Part shown: piece by piece, positions 25,669 through 38,900 of the stretch
Layout: every line of letters begins with the position of its first letter
How positions within the stretch are numbered: position 1 is the first letter of the stretch
Origin: a virus
Strand: one strand, 5' to 3'
DNA: 57,081 nucleotides
Virus genome (UHGV): UHGV-1373670
The notes under the pieces: generated by a model
The model's database searches: none
Seen by the model: only the letters and a program-made list of their open reading frames with translations
Told to the model about the DNA's origin: nothing
Made by a program: the position numbers and the translations under genes

Positions 25669-26916
25669 ATGGGAGTGCTCGACGATATTCGGAAGGGCAC
25701 GGGGCGCGAGGTTTCACGCAAGGAGGACGCACCCGCCAATGTGCAGCAGGCGACCACCGCCCCTGCACCTTCACAGACACCCGCTGCCCCTACCCCTCCT
25801 GCCCCTCAGCCACAAGCCACAGCAGCCGCAGCCCCCGCGCCCAATCAGGGTGTCGGGGCTACAGCTATTAAGCGCATCCAGCAACTCGCACCTACTCCCG
25901 AGCTACCCCAGGTGCAACTCACCCAGGCAGACAAGGAGAAGGTCACACGCCCCACGTCTTATGTGGAGATCCTCCGACACCTCACTCCATTCACTCCTCC
26001 CACTGCCGAGGAGGTGGAGAAAGACCGACGACGCCAGCGTAGCCGTGAGGCTATCGCAGCAATAGGTGACGGGGTGCGAGCTATCAGCAACCTTGTTGCG
26101 ACAGCTAACTATGCGCCCAATGCCTACAAGCCCACCGAGACAATGCTCGGGAGTGTGCAGGATAGATACGAGAAACTGCGAGCCGCGAAAAAGGCGGATG
26201 CCGACGCCTATCTCCAGGCCTACATGAGAGCCAAGCAGCTCGACGATCATAACGACCAGGCGAGAGATGCACTGCAACTCCGACGCGATCAGGCCGCACT
26301 CGACCACCAGCTCAAGCTCGCCAAGCAGTCGCAGGAATATCAGAAGTGGGTGGCACAGCTCGGTGAGAAGGAAGCCGACCGCAAGCTCCGTCTACAGCTG
26401 GGTATGGCTGGCATCCAACAGCGAGCCAACGCACTCGAGGAGACGAAGCGACATAACCGAGCCTCCGAAGGTGAGCAGAGCCGACGCACGAACATCATGG
26501 CCACCCGTGCTGCCAACTCCGCAGGCAGAGGTGGTAGTGGCAGATCGGTATTCCTCGACTACGGTGACGACGAGGAAGGGGAAGACCTCGGAGGCTACGA
26601 GGTTCCCAAGGGTGATCTGAACAATGCCAATATCGGGCAGATCTACAACCAGCTCCCCGAGTCTGTACGAGCCCAGTATCGTACGAAGAAGGGCTTCGGG
26701 TCTAAGGCTACATATACCGAGCCAAAGGCAGAGGAAATGCTCAAGATTATTGGGCAGAACATCAACGATCCCAATGTGCAGAGAGCCATTTCGAGACTTC
26801 CAAACGCACGCAGGGTAGAGCCTAAACCAAAGGCAAAGCCCGCACCCGCACCAGCGAAGCCAGCAGCTAAGGGCGAAGCCTATAAGGGCAGTGGCTCAAA
26901 GGGCAAAGCCTACTAA
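25669..26916 (+). CDS. hypothetical protein with a proline/alanine-rich N-terminus, lysine-rich C-terminus (candidate internal virion protein)
   Basis: Low-complexity APAPSQTPAAPTPPAPQPQ... and C-terminal PKPKAKPAPAPAKPAAKG. Confidence 0.4.
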   Translation: MGVLDDIRKGTGREVSRKEDAPANVQQATTAPAPSQTPAAPTPPAPQPQATAAAAPAPNQGVGATAIKRIQQLAPTPELPQVQLTQADKEKVTRPTSYVEILRHLTPFTPPTAEEVEKDRRRQRSREAIAAIGDGVRAISNLVATANYAPNAYKPTETMLGSVQDRYEKLRAAKKADADAYLQAYMRAKQLDDHNDQARDALQLRRDQAALDHQLKLAKQSQEYQKWVAQLGEKEADRKLRLQLGMAGIQQRANALEETKRHNRASEGEQSRRTNIMATRAANSAGRGGSGRSVFLDYGDDEEGEDLGGYEVPKGDLNNANIGQIYNQLPESVRAQYRTKKGFGSKATYTEPKAEEMLKIIGQNINDPNVQRAISRLPNARRVEPKPKAKPAPAPAKPAAKGEAYKGSGSKGKAY

Positions 26917-26933
26917 CCAATCACCAGCAACTC

Positions 26934-29900
26934 ATGCAGAACAACGATAAGACGCAAAAGAACTTATCAGGACTCCACAATACGCTGGAGACCATGGGCT
27001 ACTCAGTCCCAAACATTGACCAGTTCGCAAAGGATATGCGCAAGGAGGAAAACCTGCGCAGTGTCTACGACAAGGTATCTTCGGGAGGCTACGAGCTCCC
27101 CGACTTCGAAACCTTCAAGGCAGACATGGGATGGATAAAGCCAACGCCAGCGGGAGTGCCTGCACCACTGCGACCAAAGGATCAGCTCGCACCAACGGGC
27201 AAGCCTGGTGCACCCGCTACCCCCTTTGGCTTTGATCTCCCCGCCAATCCCAAGAAGCCCTCGCACGCACCTAAGGCGCGCCTGGGCTTCCCACGTCTTG
27301 ACAAGAAGATGCGCCCTGTGCAGGAGGTGAACGACCCAAGCGTACCACTGCTCAAGACAACTCGAGACGTCGCACAAGATGAGAATGGCAACGTCGTAAA
27401 CGTGGTACAGCCTGAGCTTGTCCCCGACTTCGACCCCAACAATGGCGGGGTGACCGCTCCCAAGGCTCTCTTGGACGTGACGACGGGTAAGACTATTCGC
27501 CCCACCGAGCTGAGCAAGGAGGAGGTAGACGGCTACAACGCTGGCAACATAGACGCGGTAAAAGATCCCAAGCTGCGTCAGGCTTTGAAGGAGGCTAATG
27601 TAATCTACACACCTACACTCACCGAGAGCGACGCACGACGTAAGGCGGGAGAGCTGACAAGCGAAATCGACAAGGCTCTTGCCGAGCGCACAGAGTACCT
27701 CGATAAGAAGATGGGAGAAGTGACCATAGCTGATAGCCCCACCGCCTGGGGTATCCGTGGCTTCAATATCCCCGCAGCCGCGAATAAGTCCCGTATCGAG
27801 CAGGCTAACGACAGCGAGTATATGATGCTGGAGGCTGCGCGTAGCACGATGCACGATGTGAACAACCTCATCGCAGAAGCCGACCACAACACCAAGGAGG
27901 GCGGAGACATTGCTTCTGTCTACGAGCGTAGTGCACTCGCAGGAACGCTCCGAGGCTTCGGCAGTACTATCATTGACCCACGTGTATGGGATCAGGGTGT
28001 CAGAGATCTATCCGCATCCTCTCGCCTTGCAATGGCTCTCGATAAGGCTGACCGAGGAGAGAAGCTCACACGAGGGGAACAGCTCCTTCTCGATGCCAAG
28101 GCTAACGAAATGGCAACGGCTCTCTACTTCGAGGACCGCATAGGCCGTGGGTATAAAGCAGGGAGTGTCACCGCTCACGCTATCCCCTTCATGGTGGAAA
28201 TGGCAATGAGTGGTGGTATCTCAACTATGGGGAAGAACGTGTCGTCGGGTCTTGCTCGCTATGCTATGCGACGCTTCGGAGCAAAGGCCGCAGGGAAAGC
28301 TATCATCAAGCGCACTATCCGTGGCGCAGCTACAACGGCTGGTGCTATGCTTGCTGGTGGTGCTATGGCAAACACCTTCGGGGCGATGAAAACTGCCGCG
28401 AATGTAGTGGGACGTACCGCGGGGGATGTTCAGTTCTCTACGGGCGTGGATGCCGAAGGGCGAGCAACGACTACCTACGGAGGTCACACCGAGGGCGACA
28501 GCTTGGGCGAAGCCTTCGTTAAGGGCGAGCTGTCAAACACAGCAGAATACGCTACGGAGCTATTGGGCGACGGGCTTGTCGATGTAGTGAAGTGGGCCGC
28601 AGGTAAGGTCGCTTCTCCTGTTGCCTCCAAGCTGGCTCAGCTTATCGGTAAGACTGGGGTGGAAGCGGCCGAGCAGGTAGGCAAGAAGTCAGTACTCGGG
28701 AAGGTGGCAGGCAGTGTCGGTGATGCTGGGGCATGGACCTTGGCAAAGGCGAGTAAGTTCATCGAGAACATGCAGGCCTCTAAGTTCGCAACCTCACTGA
28801 AAGCTCTTGAGAAGCAAGCGCAATGGAATGGTGTGTTTGGCGAATACCTCGAAGAGCTCGCCAATAACGCAGCCGCTGTGATGATTGGCGACAAGGATCT
28901 ATCAGCCGACAAGGGCAAGGGCTTCTTCAACCTGGACGACAATATCGATACCTTCCTCGGGGTCTCCCTTATGGGTGGTGTCATGAGCAGCGCACAGACC
29001 GCGGGCTATTTCGCTGGCGGTGGTGCACGTGGGATGGCACGCTATCAGATCGGGCAGAGCGAGGGTGCAGTGTGGAGTACGCTCACCACGGATGAGCAAC
29101 GCAAGGCGTGGGACGACGTGCGCAGACAGATCCTGCTCCAGGATGGTAAGGAGCAGGTAGACGCTGTGAAGTCTGCACTCACTAACCCCAACTTCAACGC
29201 AGAGCAGCGTCGCGCTATCCTCGACTACACCAAGTCGGTGCAGACCTACAAGGGTATGAGCGAGTACCGACGCAAGCAGAGCGAGGATGCCAAGGCAGAC
29301 CCATTACAGAACGAGCTGGCAGACTCTTACGATAAGGGCGCAGAGATGACCCAAGCCGAAGAGATGAGCCATGCACGCAGCTGGTATGAGTTCGCTCAGC
29401 AGAAGGCGGCAGAGCGTCTCGGGGTAGATGCTGATGCTCTCGATGAGATGGGAGCACCCGACCAGCTGACGCTCGACCAGGTGGCACAGCTGCGAGAGGA
29501 GCACAGCGAACAGGCAGTGCAGTCTTATGTGGACTACCTCAATGCACGTGCTACCTACGAGGGTATGATCGGGAGTGTCTCCCAAGGCATACAGGCTGAG
29601 GCAGCACAAGCCGAGCAGGCAGTGCGCTCACAGCAGCACAAGGACGGAACACTCCGTCGGGCTATACTCCGAGGCACGGAAGGGAATAAAGTCGAAGTGC
29701 ATATCAAGGATGGCGACCTTGTCATGGATGAGGAGGGCCGTATCGATACCGACAAGTCCAGTAAGGACTTCATCGTTCGCGATAACGAGACGGGCGTCGT
29801 GCGCTTCGCCAGCATCGACGACATTATCAGTGCAGAGCAGCCCACGAGTGCCGACGATGCAGTGAGCGAAGCGGTCAATGCCGTCTACGAACGCAGAGAA

Positions 29901-32900
29901 AAGGAAGCGGCCGACGCTATCAACGGGACTATCACCCCACAGGTAGGAGCAGTATACAATCTCCTCGATGCTGATGGCAACCCCCAGCAGATCGCTATCC
30001 AACAGGTAGGCCAGGACGGCACACTCGATGTGGACTACTCGGGCGTACCTCACAAGATGACTACCGACGACCTGCAGGCCATGGCGGACAACACACGCGC
30101 CCGACAGATCGAGAATGAGCATGCAGCCCAGGTACAGCAGGCCAAGGCTGAGGAGAGAGAGGAACGCGAGCAGGCAGGCCTCCCACGCTATGCACTCAAT
30201 GATGAGCTGACCATTCGCACCCCCGAAGGTGAGGAGGTCACAGCCTACGTCACCAACGAGGAGGATGCCGACGGGAATATCGAGGTGTACTTTAATGAGC
30301 CCTTCGATGGGAAGAAGGTGCACCTCTTCACTAAGGACTACCTCGACGGGGTGGTAGTGGGTACACGCCTCAGCCCCGAAAGCGACGGGAACACGCAGGC
30401 CGTGGAAGCTCCAGCCACTCCAGCAGCACCAGCCTTAGCGCAGGTACAGCCCGTATCTGAGGAAGTTCCCGAAGAGGCTACCACCGCACCAACACCTACC
30501 CAGGAAGAAGAGAACGACATCATCGGTCGAAGTATGACCGAAGAAGAAGCCGAAGCCTTCCTTACAGCTATCTCCAACAACCACGAGGTAGCCCCCGAAC
30601 TTGAGCTGACACCTGAGAATTGGTATGCTGAGTTTGGTGAGGATGGTATGGTGCACACGCCCATAGGGGATGCTCACATGGGAGAAAACCAGTTCCTCAA
30701 GATGATGCGCGATGGGAGAAAGAGTAAGCTCGGTATGATCCGTCCAACGCTTGAAGCTCCGCACGCTATTGTCGAAGAGCCAAGCACGGCCAAGGAAGGA
30801 CAAGAGACAGAACGAGACAGCTCATATATCTACATCCGCGTATTCGAAAAGGAAGATGGGAGTCGTCATTACCACTTCACCTCTGTGTCTGTACAGCGAG
30901 ATGGAGGTGAGGTAATCGTGTCTAATCAGGAGAAGAGTAGAAATCAGGTGAAGCGGTTGCTTACAGAAGGCGTAGTGCTTTGGATGCGCGCCGACAACGC
31001 ACCTGATACTTCGGACGTAGATCAAGACTTATACTCATCGCAGGGGACTGAATTGTCCGACCCCGCTTCTGAGGGCACGGATGCGTCTCAAAGCACGCCT
31101 TCTGAGAGCAAAGATAATGAAAGCACCTCACACGATGATCCCAACGACGAGAGTCTCTCACCCGAGGAAGCATACGAAGCGGTGTTGCGTGCAACCAATG
31201 GCGACGTAGCCCTCGCTCTCGAAGTCATCGAGAGCACCATTGCCGATAAGGAGAAGGTGCTTGCCAAGGCCAAGAAGGCCAAGCCACGTAGTGCCGACAC
31301 TATCGAGGGTAAGATCCAGGCGCGCGAAGAAGTAGCTGCTGGTATCGAAGCCGCAGAGGTATCACTCGCACATTGGCAGGCCGTCGCTGAGATCGCAGCC
31401 GAGCAGGTGCAGGAGGAAGTTGCAGAGGTAGCCGAGCCCGTCGCAGAGCAGACGGAGCAGGAGAGCGAAGAGCCTACGGCCGAGCAAGAGCCCGCAGAGG
31501 AAGAGGCTGCCGAGGAGCAAGAGCCCGAGGCGGAGCAGGAGGAAGAAGCTACCCCCACGCCCGAGGACACCGCACCTGAATGGGGCAAGGACAATCCAGC
31601 CGACGCACGCGCACGTGGGTACATTAAGGTAGAAGGCTTGCGAGTGGATCGTCAGGGGCAGCTCTCCGACGCACTCATAGGCAAGGAGTCTGACGTGAAG
31701 TTCGCAACGAATGACACACAGCAGGCTCACTACGCTATCATCGAAGCCGAAAGCCTGCAGCCAAGCCACATCAGAGGATACCAAAATCAGCTGCACTTTA
31801 TTCCCGAGGCACAGCCAAAGGATCGAAGCGACGTTGTCAGCGAGCAGGCGGCAGTACGTATCGCAGCTAATATCAATCCCGAGGAGATCACAACGAGTGC
31901 CACGGCTTACACGGGTGCTCCTACCATCAACGCACGTGGTGAGGTGATCCAGGGTAATAGCCGTGCCGACGCACTGCGTGCCGTGTGGGAGTCGTTCCGT
32001 GATACGAGCGGTGAGAAGTACAAGCAGTACCTCATCGAGAATGCAGAGGCCCTCGGTATTGATCCCGAGGCTATCGAGGGGATGAAGTCCCCCGTGCTGG
32101 TGCATCTTGCCGACGTCAGCGACGAGCGAGCTATCGAGCTCGGACAATACAGACAGACGGACATCGAGAGCGGTGGCGTCGAACGTATCAATCCGCAAAC
32201 GCTCTATGCTAAGATCGGGGAGAAGCGTGACACCTTCATTCACTTCCTACTGGTGACAAGCGACGACGACCTCAGCCTTGCCGAGTCCATCACACGCAAT
32301 GCGGCTGAGACGCTGAGCTGGCTCAACCGCCAGGGCTTTATCTCTGACACGCAATTCCGTAGTGCCTTCGGTGCTAAGGGTGAGATCACGGCAGAAGCTA
32401 AGGAGGACCTCCGCAATGCTTTGTACCGCTCCTTCTTTGAGGGCGCGCACAACAGCCTGGAGGCAGAGTTCTACAACCTGCCCAAGCGTACACAGCAGGC
32501 ACTACTCCGCGTCTCATATCGCGACCAGCAGAGCCCAGCAGATGCGCACTTCCTCGATGAACTTCAATCGTCGGTAAGTGCATACAATGCTCTCATGGGG
32601 TACACTCCATTCGCTGAGGCTAAGACCTTCGAGGATGCAGAGCGTGCTATTGAAACGTGGATGCGCTTCTCGGGTGACCTCATTACGGGTGAGGTGAACT
32701 CCGAGCAGTATAGTAACTTTGCTGTACAGCTCGCACTCCGCTATAAGTTCCTAACGCAGAAGGAGCTTATCTCAAAGCTCAATGCGGTGTACGACGCAGT
32801 GCAGGCCGTCTCCGAGGATACCCTCTTCGGAGAAGGCGAGGTAAACCCTAAGACGCTTGCCGAGGCGGTGGGCGAAGTGTTCAGCATAAATATCGACAAC

Positions 32901-35900
32901 AATACAGAAGAAGATGGAAGTACTGGAAGCAGCTCTCCTGGCAGCGACCTTGAAGGGAGCAATGGCGGGGAACAAGAAGGACAAGGAACACCTGGCGGCA
33001 ATGAACAAGATCAGAGCCGAGCAGGGACGCCCGAGCGTAGAGGAGGAGCTGCAAGCAATCCTCAAGAAGGGGAAGGAGTAACCACCGAAACAGAAGAAGT
33101 AGCCCCCGAAGCAGGGGACACCCAGGCGAGCGATGCGACTGGGGAGGAAGAGGTACGTCCCTCGATAACATCCAAGGTCCGCAATGAGTACGTAGCTCCA
33201 GCGTACGACAAGAGCATGCCCCGAGAAGAGAAGGAGGCCGTGCTCGAAAGGGTAAACCAAGAGCTCAAGGAGGCAGAAGCCGAGGCGGTCAAGGCAATCA
33301 AGGACGCGAACGTGGCTCTGAAGGAGTACTACCACAGCGGAGCTATGCCTGGAGTTCGAAATATTGCCTACGTGAATGCTCAACGTGAGGTAGTGATCCG
33401 AGCCCACTCAGGACTCCCTATTGAAGCGAGCAATCCATTCTTGACTATGCCTGGGCTATCGGACATCATTGACCCTATCGCAGAGGCTAAGCAAAAGAAG
33501 GACGTACTCACCGCCCTCAAGAGTGAAATCGAAGATGATCTCAATGAAGACGAGGAAGGCCCTAAGCCAACCAAACCAAAGAAGGGCAGCACCAAGAAGA
33601 AGGGCGACAAGAAAACCACAGAGAAGGAGGAGGAGAAGCCACTGCCTCAGCCACGCAAGGTGAGCTTAGAGGGGCTTATGGGAGCTCTACACGCCACGGG
33701 CGAAGCGAGACTATCCGACCACATCGAGGAGGAAGAGGTAGAAGCCGATACTACTAACGGCATGCGCCCCGTGACCATTGAGGATATCGACGCTGGGGTA
33801 ACCAACGTGTACCACAATGGAGAGGAGCACGCCATCCTATCAACCTTCAACGATACGCACGCTCTTCTTGACAACATGCAGAAAGCGCCAATCAGCGAAC
33901 TGCAGATCAAGGAGGAGGCGAGCGAAGCTGGGCCCGAAGCCACCGAGGAGACAGCCCCAAGAGAGCTCGAGGATATGAGCGAAGAGGAGCTGATCGCATT
34001 GACCGACAATGAGGATACAGACGGAGATACCTTATGGCGTATCAGAGGTATCCTGCAATCTCGAAGCCGCATAGATACCTATTCCGCAGATGCTCATATC
34101 CTAAGCAATCCCAATGTGCCCGACGACCTTATAGAGGCTATTTCACTCGGGCGTGGTTGGTATGTATCAAACGGGAACACGTCGTCAAGAGCCTTTAGGC
34201 TTCTTTCGCAACGTCGCATGATGCAGGCCGTGGAGCATACTAACGAGGTCGCAGAGCAGCAGGAGAAGGAGGAAAAGGAAGAGGCCCGCGTCAAGAACGA
34301 AGGGCAGTTCGGCCTTGTCTCCGACGAGCGTATGCAAGAGCTCAAGGCTCGCATGAAGAAGAAGCTACGCGGGCAGCTCAATGCAGGTGTAGATCCCGAG
34401 GTCCTGGCTATCGGCCTGGAGCTCGCGGTGGGCTACATCGACCGAGGGCTTAGTAAGTTCAGTCGCTTTGCAGAGACGCTTATCAATGAACTCGGGGAGG
34501 ATGTCCGCCCATATATCAAGGCCTTCTACAACGGAGCACGCGATATGCCTGAGCTGGTAGAGTCAGGGCTATCCGCTGAAATGGATAGCTATGATGCTGT
34601 CAATGGTTTTGATATTGCTAACTTTGGGAAGGAAGAAAGCCCCGAGATCATCGAGCAGGCGCGCCACGTGGCCAAGGAGCAGGAGGCGCAAAAGCTGATG
34701 ACCGAAGTAAAGGAGCAGCAGGCAGAAGCAAACGCAACAGAGAATAATGGAACAGAAGAAGTACACGTACCAGCTCGCACCAGCACTGGAGAGCGAGAAG
34801 CAGGGGAGGAACATCGATCTGATGAACCGCTGGGAACGCCAGCAGAAGGTCAAGCTAAGCAGCCTAAGCAGAAGCGAGTGGATCGACGTAGTGTCGAAGA
34901 TACTCTCACTGACGACCAGCGAGGCGGAGGAGTACCTGAACAGCTTGATCAATCAGTAGAAGCTCCCAAGGGCGACAAGCCCGCTAAGCGCAACACGCGC
35001 AACTGGCGTGAGAAGAAGGGCGAGGACAACTCCCCTAAGTCTGATGCCGCACGCATCAAGGCTAACATCGATGCGATTAAACTCTCGAAGGAGATACTCA
35101 ACGAGGGCCGCGAAGCAACGCAAGCCGAGAAGGCTATCCTTGCTCAGTGGACTGGTTGGGGTGGATTAGGCGCAGCCTTTAACGAGTACAGCGCGCCTTA
35201 CGCCACTCTACGAATGCTCCTCACGGAGGATGAACTACGCGAAGCGAATGAGAGCCGACTGACGGCTTACTACACCCCCGCAAAGATTATCGACCAAATT
35301 TGGGACGCTGTGTCCGCGCTGGGCTTTAAGGGTGGCAACATCCTCGAGGGCTCTGCGGGTATCGGCTCTATGCTTGCGCGCATGCCAAAGGGTGTTAGCG
35401 ACGTGAGCAATATCCAGGCGGTAGAGATCGACAGCATCACAGGAGGCATCCTTTCACTTCTCTATCCCGACGCAGACGTACATATCAAGGGCTTCCAAAA
35501 TACCAAGGTAGCCCCAGGATCTGTAAGCCTTGCTATTACTAACGTGCCATTTGTCACGGGCCTCAAGGTCCACGATGATACGGGCTTCTCCGACCTGTCA
35601 CGTAAGTTCGGTAAGAACATTCAAGACTTCTGTATAGCCAAGAATGTGCGCACGCTCGCACCAAACGGGCTCGGGGTATTCATCACCTCGAGCGGTACGC
35701 TTGACAAGAGCAGAGACCTGCGCTTATGGCTCACGGATAAGGATGGGGGTAACTCCGACGTCGTCGGTGCGTTCCGCCTGAACAACGAAACGTTCATCGG
35801 TACAAGCGTCACGTCTGACATCATCATCGTTCGCAAGCGAGGCGAGAATGGCGAAAAGCTCGCTGGTGCTATCAACATCACCGAGACGACGCCAGTACGT

Positions 35901-38900
35901 ACGGGTAAGTACACAGATTACTCGGGAGAACGTGCCACGACAAGAGAGGTCGCACTATCGTATAACGACTACTTCGTACAGCACCCCGAGAACATGGGCG
36001 GTGAGATGAAGCTGGCGTTTGAGAATGGTGCAACCTACCGAGCTACCAGCGCAGGGCTATACCCAACACCGAACATCGACCAAGACAAGCTGCTCACTGC
36101 ATGGGTGCGCAGCATGAAGAAGATCGACATGGCTAAAGTCGATCCGAATGAAGGTGCTCGTACGGGCGTCACATCGGGCAAGGACCTAAGCGGATACAAG
36201 ATCGGTGAGGTCTTTGTGCAGAAGGACGGATCTGTTGCTATCGTTTCCACCAACAAGGGTATTACCATTGCCGAGAGCTTCGCCAATGACGGGAAGAAGG
36301 TGCGCAGTAAGTACACAAAGGCTCAGGTGGTAGAGGACTACCGCGCCATCAAGAAGGCACTGAACGAACTTATCGACTACCAGCTCCAGGCATCGGAAGA
36401 CTCTACGGGTAAGCTCAAGGAATTGCAGCAGGCTCTAAATACCGCTTACGATACCTTCGTCGAACGCTACGGCAACCTCAACAAGAATGTAGCGATCTCC
36501 TTCCTTAGCAATGATATTGATTGGCCAAGCGTCCAAGCCATCGAGAAGTTCGAGGAGAAGGCAAACGTCGACGGAAGCAAGACGAAGATCTACGGGAAGA
36601 CCGACATCTTCAGCAGCCGCATCATTGACCCAAAGACGCAAGAGAAGCCGACAGACCCAACACAGGCAGTCAAGGCGAGCATCCTTAGCTTCGGGCGTGT
36701 CGATCTGCAATACCTCTCCGATGCTCTATCCATCAGTGAGGAGGAGGCAAAGAAGGCGGCACTCGCTACGGGGCTTGCGTTTGAAAACCCAAGCACGGGC
36801 GTTGTGGAGTCTCGCTATGCTTACCTCAGCGGGAACGTGCGTGAGAAGCTCGCAGCCGCAGAGGCCAACAACGAAGGCGGCAAGTACGACGTGAACATCT
36901 CCGCCCTTCGTGAGGTGATGCCACAGGATATTCCAGCACACCTCCTCCCATACTCCTTCGGTGCTTCGTGGATACCTGCCAAGGTGTTCGAGGAGTTCGT
37001 CCAGGAGCGCACAGGAGTCCGCGTATCTCTCTCCAAGCATGGCGGGGGCTGGGTGATGACAACCAAGAGCGACGACTATACCGAAGCTAATAAGGCCCTC
37101 GGTGTGTACTCAGAGCTTCGTCATGAGTATATCCTCGGTACTGAGCTTATGGACGTGGCCATCAACCTCAAGACTAAGATCGTATCTAAGACGGAGAGCT
37201 TCGGGTATGGCAAGGACCGCACAACTAAGACGACCACCGACAAGGCCGCCACAGCTGCCGTATCCGACAAGGCCGACGAGCTCCGCCAGGACTTCGTAGA
37301 CTGGATGCAGGCAAAGGTGCAGGAGGATGACAAGCTCGCGGAGCAGCTGACGACTAAGTACAACATGGAGATGAATAACTACGTCCCCATGACTATGCCC
37401 GACGACTTTGTCCCCACACACTTCGAAGGCGCATCAAACAAGATCACGCTACGACCTCACCAGGCTAAGGCCGCTATCCGCGCAACGACGCAGCCCGTGC
37501 TCCTCGCTCACGAGGTGGGTACGGGTAAGACCTTCACGATGATCTCGGCAGCTATGGAGATGCGACGTCTCGGCACAGCTAAAAAGCCTATGATCGTCGT
37601 ACAGAATGCGACCGTAGGGCAGTTCGTCAATAGCGCAAAGCTCCTCTACCCACAAGCTAAGATCCTCACCCTCTCCGATGCTGACAAGGGGCCCGAAGGT
37701 CGCAAGCGTTTCTACGCAAACGTAATGTACAACGACTGGGATATGATCATCATCCCTCAGTCTACCTTCGACAAGATCCCCGACAGCGAGGAACGTAAGC
37801 GTACCTATATCGAAGAGAAGATCCGCGAGAAGCGCGAGGTGATCGAAGCGATGAAGGAGGACAAGGACGCAGCCCGCAGTGCGGTGTATCGTGCTAAGGT
37901 AAGAGAGCTCCAGGATCTCGAGAAGGAGGTCGCTAAGTCGTCACGCCCCGCCATTGATGCGAAGGCCGAAGCTAAGTCGCGTATGAACGCAGAGGCCAAG
38001 GCTCAGCAGATGCTGGACCGCAAGGTGGACGAGGGTGTCTATGAGTTCGACGATCTCGGTATCGACGCCCTTCTCATCGACGAGGCCCACGAGTATAAGC
38101 ACCTGGGATTTGAGACCGCCATGGGTCGAGACATCAAGGGTATCGACCCGTCTTATTCCAATAAGAGCCAGGGGCTATATCTCAAGATCCAAAGCGTCAT
38201 GGAGAAGACGGGCGGGCGAAATATCCTGTTCGCTACTGGCACGCCTATCAGCAACACGGCTGCCGAGATATGGACCTTCATGCGCTATCTCATGCCACGC
38301 GAGGATATGGAGGCCTACAACATTTCCAACTTCGACGACTTCGTGCGTAACTACGGGCGAGTGCAGACGCAGCTGGAGTTCTCCACGGACGGGAGATTTA
38401 AGGCTAACAAGCGTTTCGTAGGGTACGACGGGCTTAGCGAGCTGGTGCGTATTTGGTCACAGGTATCCGACACGGTACTCACAAGCAACTCTCCCGAGGT
38501 ACTGGAGAAGATCCCCGAGCTGGAAGGTACTAAGGCAACGGATATATTCCTGCCTCAGACACCAGGACTACGCTCGGTGATGCTCTTTGTGAAGGAACGG
38601 CTTGCAGACTTCGACAAGATGTCGGGAGCTGAGAAGAAGGAGAACTCGCATATCCCCCTAACCATGTATGGGATCGCGAAGGCTGCTGCCGTAGACCCAC
38701 GCCTTGTCATCAACGACGCGCCCGACGAGCCTATGAGCAAGACCAACGAAGCCGTACGCCAGGCTCTGCAAAGCCTGGAAGAGACTAAGGAGTATAAGGG
38801 TACTGTCGCCATCTTCTCCGACATCTACAATAACAAGGTCTCAGGCTTCAACCTGTACGAGGATATTCGCAAGAAGCTCATCGAGGCAGGCGTCCCCGAG

